Assembly: GCA_963808015.1 (NCBI GenBank)
Contig: CAWEEG010000030.1
Coordinates: 25 to 64,024, forward strand
Direction: 5' to 3'
Origin: an uncultured Actinomycetota bacterium
Lineage (GTDB): Bacteria > Actinomycetota > Acidimicrobiia > Spongiisociales > UBA5794
DNA: 64,000 bases
Under the pieces are notes generated by a model, which saw nothing but the letters and a program-made list of their open reading frames with translations, was not told the DNA's origin and did not search any database. Numbering within the stretch: position 1 is the first letter of the stretch; each line of letters begins with the position of its first letter. This document shows positions 45,904 through 56,510 of the stretch, piece by piece. A program made the translations under genes and the position numbers.

Positions 45904-47636
45904 GGGGGTTCATCCGCCTCGTGGAGTCACTCCGGGCCTACCCGGGGCGGTTTGTGGCCTCGATCGCCGCCGGTGCCGCATCGGTCGCGTCGTCGATCGG
46001 CCTGCTCACCGTCTCCGCTTATCTCATCTCCTCAGCGGCGCTGCGTCCGCCACTTCTCGATCTCACCGTCGCCATCGTCGGCGTACGGTTCTTCGGCATC
46101 GCTCGCGCCGTTTTCCGGTATCTGGAGCGCCTCGTCTCTCACGACCTGAGTCTCGACCTCCTCGCCGACCTGAGGTCGCGGATCGCCCGGGCAATCCATC
46201 GGCTGGGTCCTGCCGGAGTTGCATCGTTCCGAGCGGGAGACCTCGTCGGGCGCACCCTCGACGACGTCGACGAGATCCAGCACGTCTTCGTTCGGGTGAT
46301 CGCTCCTCCCCTGATCGCCATCGTCGTTGCTGTGCTCACGCTTCTCCTTGCTGTGCTCTGGCTGCCGGCGTCGGTTCCCACGATCCTCATCCCGCTCGTC
46401 GTGGCAGGTGTCCTGGTCCCCTGGGTCACCCAGCGGGCCGGCAACACTTCCGGTCGTGCCGTCGCGGGCGAACGAGGGCAGCTGATCGGTCGAACCGTCG
46501 AGACCATCGAGGGGGCACAGGCAATCGTCGCTCTCGGGGAGGAGGACCGGATGCTTGCCGCTGCCGACGAGGCGGCTGCGAGCATGGCGGCAGCCGAGCG
46601 CAGAACGGCGTGGCTTCACGGCTTCGGTGACGCGATGCATTCTGGCCCTGGTCGGGATTGCGCTCGTTGGAACGTTGTGGGTCGCGGCAGCCGCAGTGGA
46701 GGTCGGATCGCTCGACGGGGTGATGGTTGCCGTGCTCGCGATGCTCGCCATCACACCGTTCGAGGCGGTTGCGCCCCTCCCATCGGCCTTTGAGAGGCTC
46801 GGCCGTTCGCTCGGAGCCGCCGACCGGTTGTTCGAGGTCATCGAGGCGGAGTCGCCGACATCTCCGCCTGAACACCCTGTACCGATCCCCCCAAACGCAA
46901 CTCTGCGATGTTCAAGGGGCGGTCGTGACCGCAACGAGCGGACAGCGAATCCTCGGGCCGATCGATCTCACGGTCTGGCCGGGCGCACGGATCGGGATCG
47001 TCGGCGAGACCGGCGCCGGCAAGACCACGCTGGCGCATGTGATGTGCCGTTTCCGAGATCCCAACGAGGGAGTCGTCTCATTGGGCGGAGTTGATCTGCG
47101 CGACGCTAGATCCCGACGGACTCCGAGCCGTTGTTGGCTACGAGGACGATCGAGCGTTCCTCTTCCGAGGTTCGATCGCCGGCAACGTCCGAATCGGTGA
47201 TCGCGACGCCGTCGAATGACGACGTGAGTGCCGCTCTCGACCGGCGTCGGATTCGGCGAGTGGATCGATGAGCTTCCCGACGGTCTCGACTCCGACGTCG
47301 GCGAGGGTGGCGAGTTCGTATCAGGGGGTCAGCGTCGAAGGCTCGCCCTTGCTCGGGCCCTCCTGGCCGACTTCCCGATCCTGGTGCTCGATGAGCCCAT
47401 ATCCGGTCTCGATCCCGTGACCGCAGATGCCGTGATGGATGATCTGCTCGATGCCGGCGCGTGATCGCAGCCTCGTGCTGATCACCCACCGCCCGGTTGG
47501 CCTCGACCGCATGGACGAGATCATCGTGATGGGAGACGGCGAGATCCAGGCCAGGGGTACACACGAAGAGTTGCTGAAGACCAACGAGCGGTATGCCGGG
47601 ATGTGGGGGCTAGTAGCGAGTAGACCCGAGACTTGA
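45900..47636 (+). CDS. cydC: ABC transporter (permease-ATPase) CydC, broken by about 6 +1 frameshifts
   Basis: TM domain 45900-46680; Walker [10 protein letters not shown] (frame 46727); signature [15 protein letters not shown] and Walker [10 protein letters not shown] (frame 47228); H-loop region (frame 47439..47636). The stop TGA lies within the first unit of the downstream repeat. Confidence 0.75.
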
Positions 47637-47803
47637 GACCCGAGACTTGAGACCCGAGACTTGAGACCCGAGACTTGAGACCCGAGACTTGAGACCCGAG
47701 ACTTGAGACCCGAGACTTGAGACCCGAGACTTGAGACCCGAGTCTTGAGACCCGAGTCTTGAGACCCGAGTCTGTCTCGTGTCTAGCGTCTCGAGTCTCA
47801 TGT
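47624..47803. repeat. GAGAC-unit repeat element, locus B: about 10.5 tandem copies of cccgagacttgagac followed by an inverted segment tctcgtgtctagcgtctcgagtctc
   Basis: Read directly. Confidence 0.9.
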
Positions 47804-47855
47804 CGTGATAACGAGCCTCGCCCGCAGATGTTTCGGCACCCCTACCCTCTCTCTC

Positions 47856-48889
47856 ATGTCCCGTGTTGACTGGCCGCTTGCCGTTTCTGTTGCCGCGAGT
47901 GTGTCCGGGCGGTACCCGCTCGAGGACACCTACCACCAGACGCGCCTCGAACGCGATTTGCCCGACATGGTTGTGCGCGCTTCGGAGCTGGTGTCGGAGG
48001 AGACAGGACTCGTTGCACCGGGCCTCCCGGACGTGGCCGTGGTCGGTCGGACCGGGGTGGGTCGAGAACAACGTTGCATCTTTCGCAACACTGCTGGCGC
48101 CGGCCGAACAGCGGCTCGGATCTGCATCCGGGATTGGCGCAGCCGTCGCAGGGCGGATCATGGGAGCCGAGATGGGTGCCGTCCTTGGATTCCTCGCTCG
48201 TCGGGTTCTCGGCCAGTATGAGCTCGTGCTCCCAACGTCAGATGGCGAGTTCGGGGACACCGTTCTGTTCGTTGGGCCGAACCTTCTCAAGATGGAGCGA
48301 AACCACGCCTTCCGGCCGGACGAGTTCCGTTTCTGGGTTGCGCTGCACGAGTGCACCACCGGCTCCAATTCACCGGGGTTCCCTGGCTTCGCGGCTACTT
48401 CCTCGGCCTCGTTGAGGAATTGGTCGCCACCGCCAAGCCGGAAAGCGGGCAGATCCAACGGGTTGCTGCCCAACTCAGGGAAGCTGCCGCTGCCGGCGAG
48501 CCACTGATCGACGAATCCGGGATCTTCGGGGTATTCGCCACCCCGCAGCAGCGTGAAGTGATCGATCGCGTCCAAGCGCTGATGGCGCTCCTCGAGGGGC
48601 ACGGCCATGTTGTCATGGACCGAATCGGCAGCGCGAGAACTGGTTACCCAGGCCCGCATGTCGGCGGTGCTGAAAGCAAGACGTTCCGACAAGCGCACGG
48701 CGGCGTTGATGCGTCTGATCGGCCTCGAAATGAAGCTCCGCCAATACGAAATGGGCGAGAGGTTCATTAGCGGCGTCGAGGAACGGGCTTCATGGTCAAA
48801 CGCTCGACCTTGCGTGGGAGAGCCCTGAGGCGTTGCCGACCCTCGAAGAGATCGAAGCGCCCGACCTATGGCTGCAGCGGATCGCCTGA
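47856..48889 (+). CDS. Zinc-dependent metalloprotease (DUF2342 family), 3 or more frameshifts
   Basis: HExxH reconstructed across a frame junction (WVALHECT|HRLQF). C-terminus ...LDLAWESPEALPTLEEIEAPDLWLQRIA* lies in a third frame. Confidence 0.6.
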
Positions 48890-50185
48890 CACCCGACCAA
48901 CTCGTGTCAGAGGCGCACAAGCTCTTGCCGGAGAGCCCTCTCGTCGTTGCACTCGGGGGAGGCGCCGATTCAGCGGTCGCCGCGTGGGTCGCTGCGCAGC
49001 GCACTGCGAACCCGCGGCATCTTCGTCTCGTCATGGCCTCGACGGCTCGGCAGCGCTCGAAGAAGCCGCCGGCTGCACTCGGAACACACCTCGGCATCGG
49101 AGTCACGTTCGTCGACGCACCCGTGGATGCCGGACCGTCCCTCGAGTCGCGTGCCCGCGACGCTCGATGGAACGCCATCACATCTGCTGTTGCCGGAGAC
49201 GAAACGTGGTGACCGGACACACGCAGGACGACCAGGCCGAAACGGTGATGATGAACCTCATGCGCGGTTCGGGGAGCGCGGGAGTCGCCGGGATGCTGCG
49301 CAGTCGCCCAGGTGTGGTCCGCCCGCTGCTCGGGTTCTCCCGAGCAGCCGTCCGATCACTCGCAGAAGAACTCGGCCTGCCGTTCGTGGATGATCCGGCG
49401 AACGAAGACGACAGCTACCTCAGGAATCGCATCCGTCGGAACCTCCTCCCGGACCTCGAACGGACTATGCCACCGGAGTCCGCGCGCACACTCGCCCGCG
49501 CCGGCGCCCTGGCGGCAGCCGACGACAACCTGATTGAAGTCCTCACCGACGACATCCCTGTTGTTGGCGGATGCGCGAACCGTCTCCATCCCGATTGCTC
49601 CGCATTAGTCACGGCGCCGCAACCGATCGCGGCACGCAGCGTCCGCAGGGCACTGCGCAGACTTCTCGATCCGTACGCCGGATCCGAAGCCGACATCGAG
49701 GCGGTCCTCGATGTTGCCGCCGGCCGAACAGAGTCGGAAATGATCTCCGGCTCGCTCACCGTCGCGCGGGAGGGTCCGTTTGTTACGGTCGACTCAGGGC
49801 GACCCACCGAGGTGAACTCGATGCAAATCGCCATCTCGGTTCCAGCAGAGGTTCGGTTTGGGGAGCACATCGTGACGTTCGAGGACGTCGACGTGTCCCA
49901 GATCAGTCCGTATCTCGACCCTGCTCTTGGACCCGAAGGTATTTGGCGCCACGACGCTGGTCAGGGGGGTCGAACGAGGGAGATCGGATCGATATCGACG
50001 CGGGATCGAAGACTGTCAGAACCGTGCTCTCCGAGCGAGGAATCCCCGTGCGCAGCCGCTCCACTTGGCCGGTGGTGGTCGAGGGTGGCAGAATCGCTGC
50101 CATTGTCGGCATTCGCGCCGCACCGTGGACGCGGCCGACAACAAGACAAGCGGTCGCTATCCGATGGAAGCAGGAATCGCCGTGA
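48868..50185 (+). CDS. tilS: tRNA(Ile)-lysidine synthetase, 2 frameshifts
   Basis: PP-loop VVALGGGADSAV at the N-terminus; middle in frame 48792.. (QDDQAETVMMNLMRGSG); C-terminal domain in frame 49571..50185. Confidence 0.75.
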
Positions 50186-50703
50186 AGATTGGAAGAACCC
50201 TCGTATCCGCAGAGGAGATCGATGCGAAGCTCGCCGAGATGGGTGCAGCCATCACCCGCGACTACGAGGGGAAGAATCTCCTCATGGTCGCGATCCTCAA
50301 GGGTGCCTTCGTTGTGATGGCCGATCTTGCCCGCCACGTGGCGCTCCCGGTCGAGTTCGACTTCATGGCCGTCTCGTCCTACGGAGCGTCAACGAAGTCG
50401 TCCGGTGTCGTACGGATACTCAAGGACCTCGACGAAGAGATCGAGGGTCGCCATGTGTTGATCGTCGAGGACATCATCGATACCGGTCTGACCCTCCAGT
50501 ACCTGATCAAGAACCTGGAGGTGAGGAATCCGGCGTCGTTGAAGCTGGCGGCGCTGCTCATCAAGGACGGTATCGAGCGCCCGCCGCTCGAGGTGGCCTA
50601 CGAGGGATTCCACATCGGTCCCGAGTTCGTGATCGGCTACGGCCTCGACTTCGACGGCAAGTACCGAAACCTGCCGCACGTTGCGGTCGTCGACGAGGTG
50701 TAG
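50164..50703 (+). CDS. hpt: Hypoxanthine-guanine phosphoribosyltransferase
   Basis: PRPP-binding motif VLIVEDIIDTGLTL; 179 aa, intact. Confidence 0.9.
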   Translation: MEAGIAVKIGRTLVSAEEIDAKLAEMGAAITRDYEGKNLLMVAILKGAFVVMADLARHVALPVEFDFMAVSSYGASTKSSGVVRILKDLDEEIEGRHVLIVEDIIDTGLTLQYLIKNLEVRNPASLKLAALLIKDGIERPPLEVAYEGFHIGPEFVIGYGLDFDGKYRNLPHVAVVDEV

Positions 50704-50737
50704 GTCGCGTATCCAGTCACGGGGAATCGGCTGGTAG

Positions 50738-50880
50738 TTGAGACTTGAGACCCGAGACTTGAGACCCGAGACTCGAGACTTTCGTGTCCGAAGTCTCGGT
50801 ACTCTCGGGCCCAGCGCCGAGCACCATGCGAGACGACCCCACTCGAGTCTGGAGTCTCGTGTCTGTTGTCTGGTCTCGCT
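50738..50880. repeat. GAGAC-unit repeat element, locus C: direct units, central hairpin cgagactttcg/cgaagtctcg, inverted units
   Basis: Read directly; between hpt and ftsH. Confidence 0.85.
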
Positions 50881-50909
50881 GGGTGGCATAGAAGGCTCGT
50901 CGGCTTACC

Positions 50910-52865
50910 ATGCGGGGGCCCGAGATTGAGCCGAGGAGCAGCGTGAGCCGCACCGCACGAACCATCATGATCTATCTGGCCGTCATCTTCGTGGTGGTGA
51001 TGGCGGTCAACGTGTTCGTCAATCAATCGACGCAACCCCAAGAGCTCAGTCTCAACGAATTCAACGCCAAGCTCGCCGCCGGCGATATCGAGAATCCGGC
51101 GACGATCCGTGACCGTTCGAACGAGGTGACCGGGACTTATACCGACTCTTCCGGCGAGTCCGTCGAGTACATCATGAAGTATCCGGCCGAGTACTCGCCG
51201 ACGTTGACCGAAGACATTCTCAATGCAAACGTCGAAGCGGTTACCGACTCGCAGGAACCGTCGACTATTCCAGTGAGATCCTGAGCAATTTCTTCCCTAT
51301 GTGCTGCTCTTCGGAATCTTCATCTTCGTCATGCTGCAGCTCCAGGGCGGCGGGAACCGCGTCATGCAGTTCGGGAAGTCCAAGGCCAAACAGGTCACGA
51401 AGGACACCCCGAAGGTCACGTTCGATGATGTAGCCGGTGTTGACGAGGCGATCGAAGAACTCGACGAAATCAAGGAGTTCCTGCAGCAGCCGCAGAAGTT
51501 CCGAGCCATGGGGGCGAAGATCCCGAAGGGAGTGCTCCTCTACGGTCCTCCCGGCACCGGGAAGACTCTGCTTGCACGAGCGGTCGCAGGTGAAGCCGGT
51601 GTCCCGTTCTTCGCAATCTCAGGATCCGAGTTCGTAGAGATGTTCGTTGGCGTCGGAGCAAGCCGGGTTCGCGACCTCTTTGACCAGGCAAAGGCCAGCG
51701 CACCATCGATCGTGTTCATCGACGAGATCGATGCGGTCGGTCGCCATCGTGGCGCCGGTCTCGGCGGCGGGCATGACGAACGTGAGCAGACGCTCAACCA
51801 ATTGCTCGTCGAATTGGACGGTTTCGACGTCAAAGCCGGAGTGATCGTCATTGCTTCGACCAACCGACCGGACATCCTCGACCCTGCGTTGCTCCGCCCT
51901 GGCCGGTTCGACCGTCAGATCGTTGTCGATCGCCCCGACATCAAGGGTCGGGAGCAGATCCTCGAGGTGCATGCCAAGGGCAAGCCATACGACGACGACG
52001 TCAACATCAGCACTCTCGCACGCCAGACCCCCGGATTCACGGGCGCAGACCTCGCCAACCTCATCAACGAGTCGGCGCTGCTCGCAGCCAGGAGGGACAA
52101 GGCGAAGATCGGCATGTCCGAGCTCGAGGAGGCGATCGAGCGACGTCATCGCCGGCCCGGAGCGCAAGAGCCGCATCATGTCCGAGGAGGAGCGGAGGCT
52201 CACGGCCTACCACGAAGGAGGCCATGCCCTCGTCGGATACGCTCTCCCGAAGCTCGATCCGATTCACAAAGTCACGATCATTCCGCGCGGCCGTGCCGGC
52301 GGCTACACGATGGCGCTCCCGCTCGAAGACAAGCACTACGAGAAGCGCAGCGAACTCGTCGACCAACTGGCATATGCACTCGGCGGGCGGACGGCCGAGG
52401 AGATCGTGTTCGGAGACCCGTCGACCGGGGCATCGAACGACATCGAGAAGGCAACGAGCCTCGCCAGGAAGATGGTCATGGAATACGGCATGAGCGACCG
52501 TCTCGGGCCGCTCAAGTATGGGCAACCACAGGCCGAGGTCTTCCTGGGACGCGACTACGCGAAGAGCCAGGATCTGTCGAACGAGGTGGCTGCGGCCATC
52601 GACGACGAGGTCCGCAAGCTCATCACTCAGGCCCATGAGGAAGCGATGCAGATCATTGTGACGCATCGCGACGCTCTCGACCGGATCGCCGAGTATCTGC
52701 TTGAACACGAGACCGCAGACGCCGAAAGGGTGATCGAGATGTTCCACGACGTGCCGAAGTGGGAGCACTCGGACACAGGAGCACTCCGCATCAAGGGTCC
52801 AGAAGGTGCGGGCGACAACTGGTGGGATTGCCGCAGCCCAGACCGGCGGGCCCAGCGTCGGGTGA
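50910..52865 (+). CDS. ftsH: ATP-dependent zinc metalloprotease FtsH, 3 frameshifts
   Basis: N-terminal TM plus periplasmic region (frame 50910..51284); AAA module [22 protein letters not shown] and SRH (frame 51301..); HEGGH zinc site and C-terminal part (frame 51851..); Gly-rich tail and stop in a fourth frame at about 52863. Confidence 0.85.
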
Positions 52866-52866
52866 C

Positions 52867-53729
52867 TGTGACCATCAGCCCAATCACCTGGAACCTCGAG
52901 TCTCGTTCGCTCACGAACGCAGACCACACGCTTGTCATGGGAGTCGTGAACACGACACCCGACTCGTTCTCCGACGGCGGACAGTGGGCAGAACCACGCG
53001 CCGCGATCCGCCGAGGCTTCAAACTCTGGGACGACGGTGCCGACCTCGTCGACGTCGGCGGCGAATCCACACGACCTGGGGCGGAGCCGGTCAGCGTTGA
53101 GGAGGAGCTTGCACGCGTGGTGCCCGTTGTCGAAGCACTCGCATCACACGGGATCATCGTTTCGATCGACACGAGCAAGGTGGAAGTAGCAGCGGCCGCG
53201 GTGGCAGCCGGTGCTGAGATCGTCAACGACGTTACCGGCCTCACAGATCCCGACATGGCCAACCTCTGCGAAGAGACCGGTGTTGGCGTCGTCATCATGC
53301 ACATGCAAGGAGATCCCCGCTCGATGCAGGCCAACCCGACCTACGACAACGTTGTTGCCGACGTTGCAGCGGTTCCTTCGCGATCGCACGGCTGCGGCCA
53401 TCGAACGCGGAATCGAGGCCTCGCGGATCGTTGTTGATCCGGGAATCGGCTTCGGCAAGACGTTTGACCACAATCTCTCGTTGCTGAGGGGAATAGACGA
53501 GCTCGGGAACGGCCAGCCGGTTCTCGTCGGCACGTCGCGCAAGAGTTTCCTCGGATCAATCCTCGAGCAGGCCGGTCGGCCGTCTGAACCGGCCGATCGA
53601 GACACTGCGACTGCTGCAACGGTGGCCCTTGCGGTTGCCTCCGGAGCGGCAGTGGTGAGAGTCCACAACGCCGCCAGCGCCGTTGATGCTGCGAGAACAG
53701 CCGACGCTATCGTGCGAGTTCACGAGTGA
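52867..53729 (+). CDS. folP: Dihydropteroate synthase, 1 frameshift
   Basis: VMGVVNTTPDSFSDGG N-terminal signature; GTG 52867 is abutted by the ftsH stop at about 52863; C-terminal part in frame 53211..53729 (DPGIGFGKT). Confidence 0.8.
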
Positions 53730-53740
53730 GCATGGGGCAA

Positions 53741-54230
53741 TGATCAAGAAAGACGTTCCGGGACTTGAACCCCGTGGCATTTCGATGGGTGATCGCAGGC
53801 CGCCTTGCGGTGTCCGAACGCATCGGCGGGTCCGGGTTTCCAGCATCGCCGGGTCCGGCGCGAAGAGGAGATCACCTGGCTCCACGACCAGGGAATCAAC
53901 ACCGTCCTTTCGCTTCTGCCCGCCGGTCAGAACACGGCCGTGTATGAGGAGGCGGATTTTCGCGTCGTCGTGCATACCGTCGAAGGCACCCCGACCGAGA
54001 TCGATGACGTGGATGGTGTGTTCGCTGCGATGGACGAGGCAATCAACGTCCGCGGAGCATCAGTGCTCTTCCACCGCGATACGATCGACGAAACCGTCAG
54101 TGGCCTGCTCGCCGGCTACCTCGTTCATTCCGGTTTGGTGACGGATCCGATCATCGCCACGTCGGTGATTCAGGAAATCCTCGGGCGGCCTCTCGGTCCT
54201 GAGGGACGCGGGCTCATCCCGGTCCAGTGA
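53741..54230 (+). CDS. Dual-specificity-phosphatase-fold protein in place of folB; 2 or more frameshifts
   Basis: Collinear with DSP/PTP-fold proteins (...FRWVIAGRLAVSERIGG, EEITWLHDQGINTVLSLL, GASVLFH..., SGLLAGYLVHSGLV...). The P-loop reads FHRDTIDETVSG in the main frame, while a canonical CX5R(S/T) (HQCSSTAIRST) is present in the +1 frame at the same position. Confidence 0.45.
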
Positions 54231-54737
54231 GTCGCTGCGCGGTTGGAGTCGGATCCAATCTTGGAGACCGGATCGAGCATCTCAGGGCGGCGGTCGGCGG
54301 CCTTTCATCGGTTTCACGTATCGCAGCAGTTTCTTCGGTGTATGAGACCGCGCCGATTGGTGGTCCCGATCAGGGCCCGTTTCTCAACGCCGTTGTGCGT
54401 GATCGATACGGCGCAGACACCCCGCGGCCTGCTTCGCGAACTCCTCGTGATCGAACGCTCGCGTGGGCGGGTTCGCGACACACAGCTGGGGTCCTAGGAC
54501 GCTCGATCTGGATCTAATTCTCTGGGATCGCTGGACGATCTCAGAGCCCGGCCTCACGATCCCACACCCTCGAATGCTCGACCGCAGGTTTGTCCTCGAG
54601 CCGCTTCTCGAAGCTTGGCCCGAAGCTCGAATGCCCGACGGCTCGTGCCATCGCACCGTCGTCAGAAGCGGTTGGAGCGGCAAGATCTCGAACGAGTCGA
54701 AGCAGCCCTCGACGGTGCCGAGCGTGACGGGACGTAG
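54227..54737 (+). CDS. folK: HPPK (2-amino-4-hydroxy-6-hydroxymethyldihydropteridine pyrophosphokinase), 2-3 frameshifts
   Basis: [11 protein letters not shown] and [11 protein letters not shown]...FLNAVV in the first frame; [13 protein letters not shown] and [16 protein letters not shown] in another frame; plausible C-terminus ...[16 protein letters not shown] in a third frame. Confidence 0.75.
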
Positions 54738-54799
54738 TACGTTTGGTTCGAACGAGCCCCGAGGCGGGGCCGGACCGATACCGGGAGGATCGGAGCCAT

Positions 54800-55642
54800 A
54801 TGCGGATCGTCCTCGTGGGACCCGGGCGGGCCGGTCAGTCCGTCGCAATTGCAGCAAACGGCGCAGGCCATGAGGTCGTTGCCGTCGCTGCACGTGATAC
54901 CGAACAGGCATACGGTGTCGCACGGCAACTGGACGCGGGCGTCCTTGCCATCGGTGAACCGATTCCCCGCCGTCGACCTCATCATCATTGCGGTTCGCGA
55001 TCACGCGATCGAAGAGGTCGCGGGTCAGGTTGCACCGGTTGCCCGGAACGCCGCAGCGAGCGCGGTCCACCTCTCGGGAGCGACCCCCGTAGCGGCGCTG
55101 GCACCGTTCGCTGCGCAAGGGATTGCCACTCGGGTCGCTTCATCCTCTCCAGACCATGCCAACTCCCGATCAAGGCGCCCGATCGCTCGCCGGATCGTGG
55201 ATGGCGGTGACGGCCGATGAGCCGCTGCGGTCGGAGCTTCACTCTTTCGCGGCGTCGCTCGGAGGGATTCCGTTCGACCTTCGCGATGCGGATCGGACCA
55301 CGTACCACGCCGCCGCGGCTGCGGCTGCGAACTTCCCGACAGCGGCGTTTGCAATTGCCCAACGCCTTCTCGAGTCGACGGGCGTGCCGTTCGACGCTGT
55401 GCGTCCGCTCGTCGACCGGATCGTGGCGAATGCCTTCGAACTCGGTCCTCGTGCGTCGCTCACCGGACCGATCGCGCGAGGTGACGTTGACACGATCGAA
55501 GCCCAGGTCGACGCCGTTCGCTCGTACGGCTCCAGATCTTGCGGCCGCCTTCGAGGCCATGGTGAGCGCAACGGCGGACGTCGCAACTTCCCGAATGACG
55601 AGGGTGAGGTATGAGGACCGTCGCAGACGTTCGCAGACGTGA
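54800..55642 (+). CDS. Rossmann-fold / DUF2520-type oxidoreductase-like protein, 3 frameshifts
   Basis: [12 protein letters not shown] dinucleotide-binding start; conserved central and C-terminal blocks spread over frames 54743.., 54849.., 55123.. and 55217.. Confidence 0.55.
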
Positions 55643-56510
55643 GGGTGCTGGGCCGCGGATGTGTTGGATTCGTTCCAACCATGGGCTACCTCCATGAGGG
55701 CCACCTCAGCCTGATCGACGCTGCCAGGCGCGAGTGCGACACCGTGGTGGTCAGCCTCTTCGTCAACCCGCTTCAGTTCGGTCCGAACGAGGATCTGGCG
55801 TCGTATCCGCGAGATCTCGACCGTGACGCTGCCCTCGTCGAGGCGGCAGGAGCCGACGTGCTCTTCGCACCACCGCTCGATGTGATGTACCCGAGTGAGC
55901 CGCTCACGACGGTCACGGTGGGGGAGGTGACCGAGGGAATGGAGGGCGCGCGCCGGCCGGGACACTTCGACGGGGTCGCCACCGTGGTGGCGAAGCTCTT
56001 CGCAGGTGTTGCTCCAGATCGCTCCTACTTCGGTCGCAAGGATGCCCAGCAGCTCGTGACCGTCCGCCGCATGGTGCAGGACCTGTCGTTCCCGACAGTC
56101 GATTGTCGGAGCTCCGATCGTCCGCGAGGCCGACGGTCTCGCCCTCTCATCCAGGAACATCTTCCTCGACTCTCGCCAGCGTGACGCTGCACGTTCGATC
56201 AGCCGGGGGCTGTTCGCCGCGGCCGCGGCCGTGACGGCGGGGGAGTGGTCGGGCCCGCGGGATCGAGAGAATCGCGTCGATAGCGGTGGAGGAAGAAGCC
56301 GACATCGACCTCGACTACGCAACACTCGCCGACCAGGACACGGCGGCACCCGTCGCATCCTTGGAGCGACCTGCCTTCCTCGCCGTCGCGGCGCGTGTCG
56401 GATCAACACGGCTTCTCGACAACATCCACATCGATCAATACGAAGACGGTTGGCTGCCCGACCTAGGCACTCGACTCCGCGAACCCTCAATTCTCTACAG
56501 GGAGGCCTGA
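55607..56510 (+). CDS. panC: Pantoate-beta-alanine ligase, 3 or more frameshifts
   Basis: HxGH motif [10 protein letters not shown]; FGRKDAQQ; C-terminal ...[15 protein letters not shown]... in two other frames. Confidence 0.75.

Noticed and set aside
47624-47803. Possible CRISPR array
   Set aside because: Units are contiguous with no unique spacers, 15 nt long, and similar units are dispersed as inverted copies; no cas genes.
47610-49220. 536-aa minus-strand ORF, and similar ORFs at 50389..50889 and 50637..51041, with repeated [14 protein letters not shown] peptides
   Set aside because: Translation of the GAGAC tandem repeat and antisense of real genes (DUF2342, tilS); no start context, low-complexity product.
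53741-54230. Dihydroneopterin aldolase (folB) at the position expected from synteny
   Set aside because: No DHNA motifs. The sequence is collinear with the DSP phosphatase fold instead.
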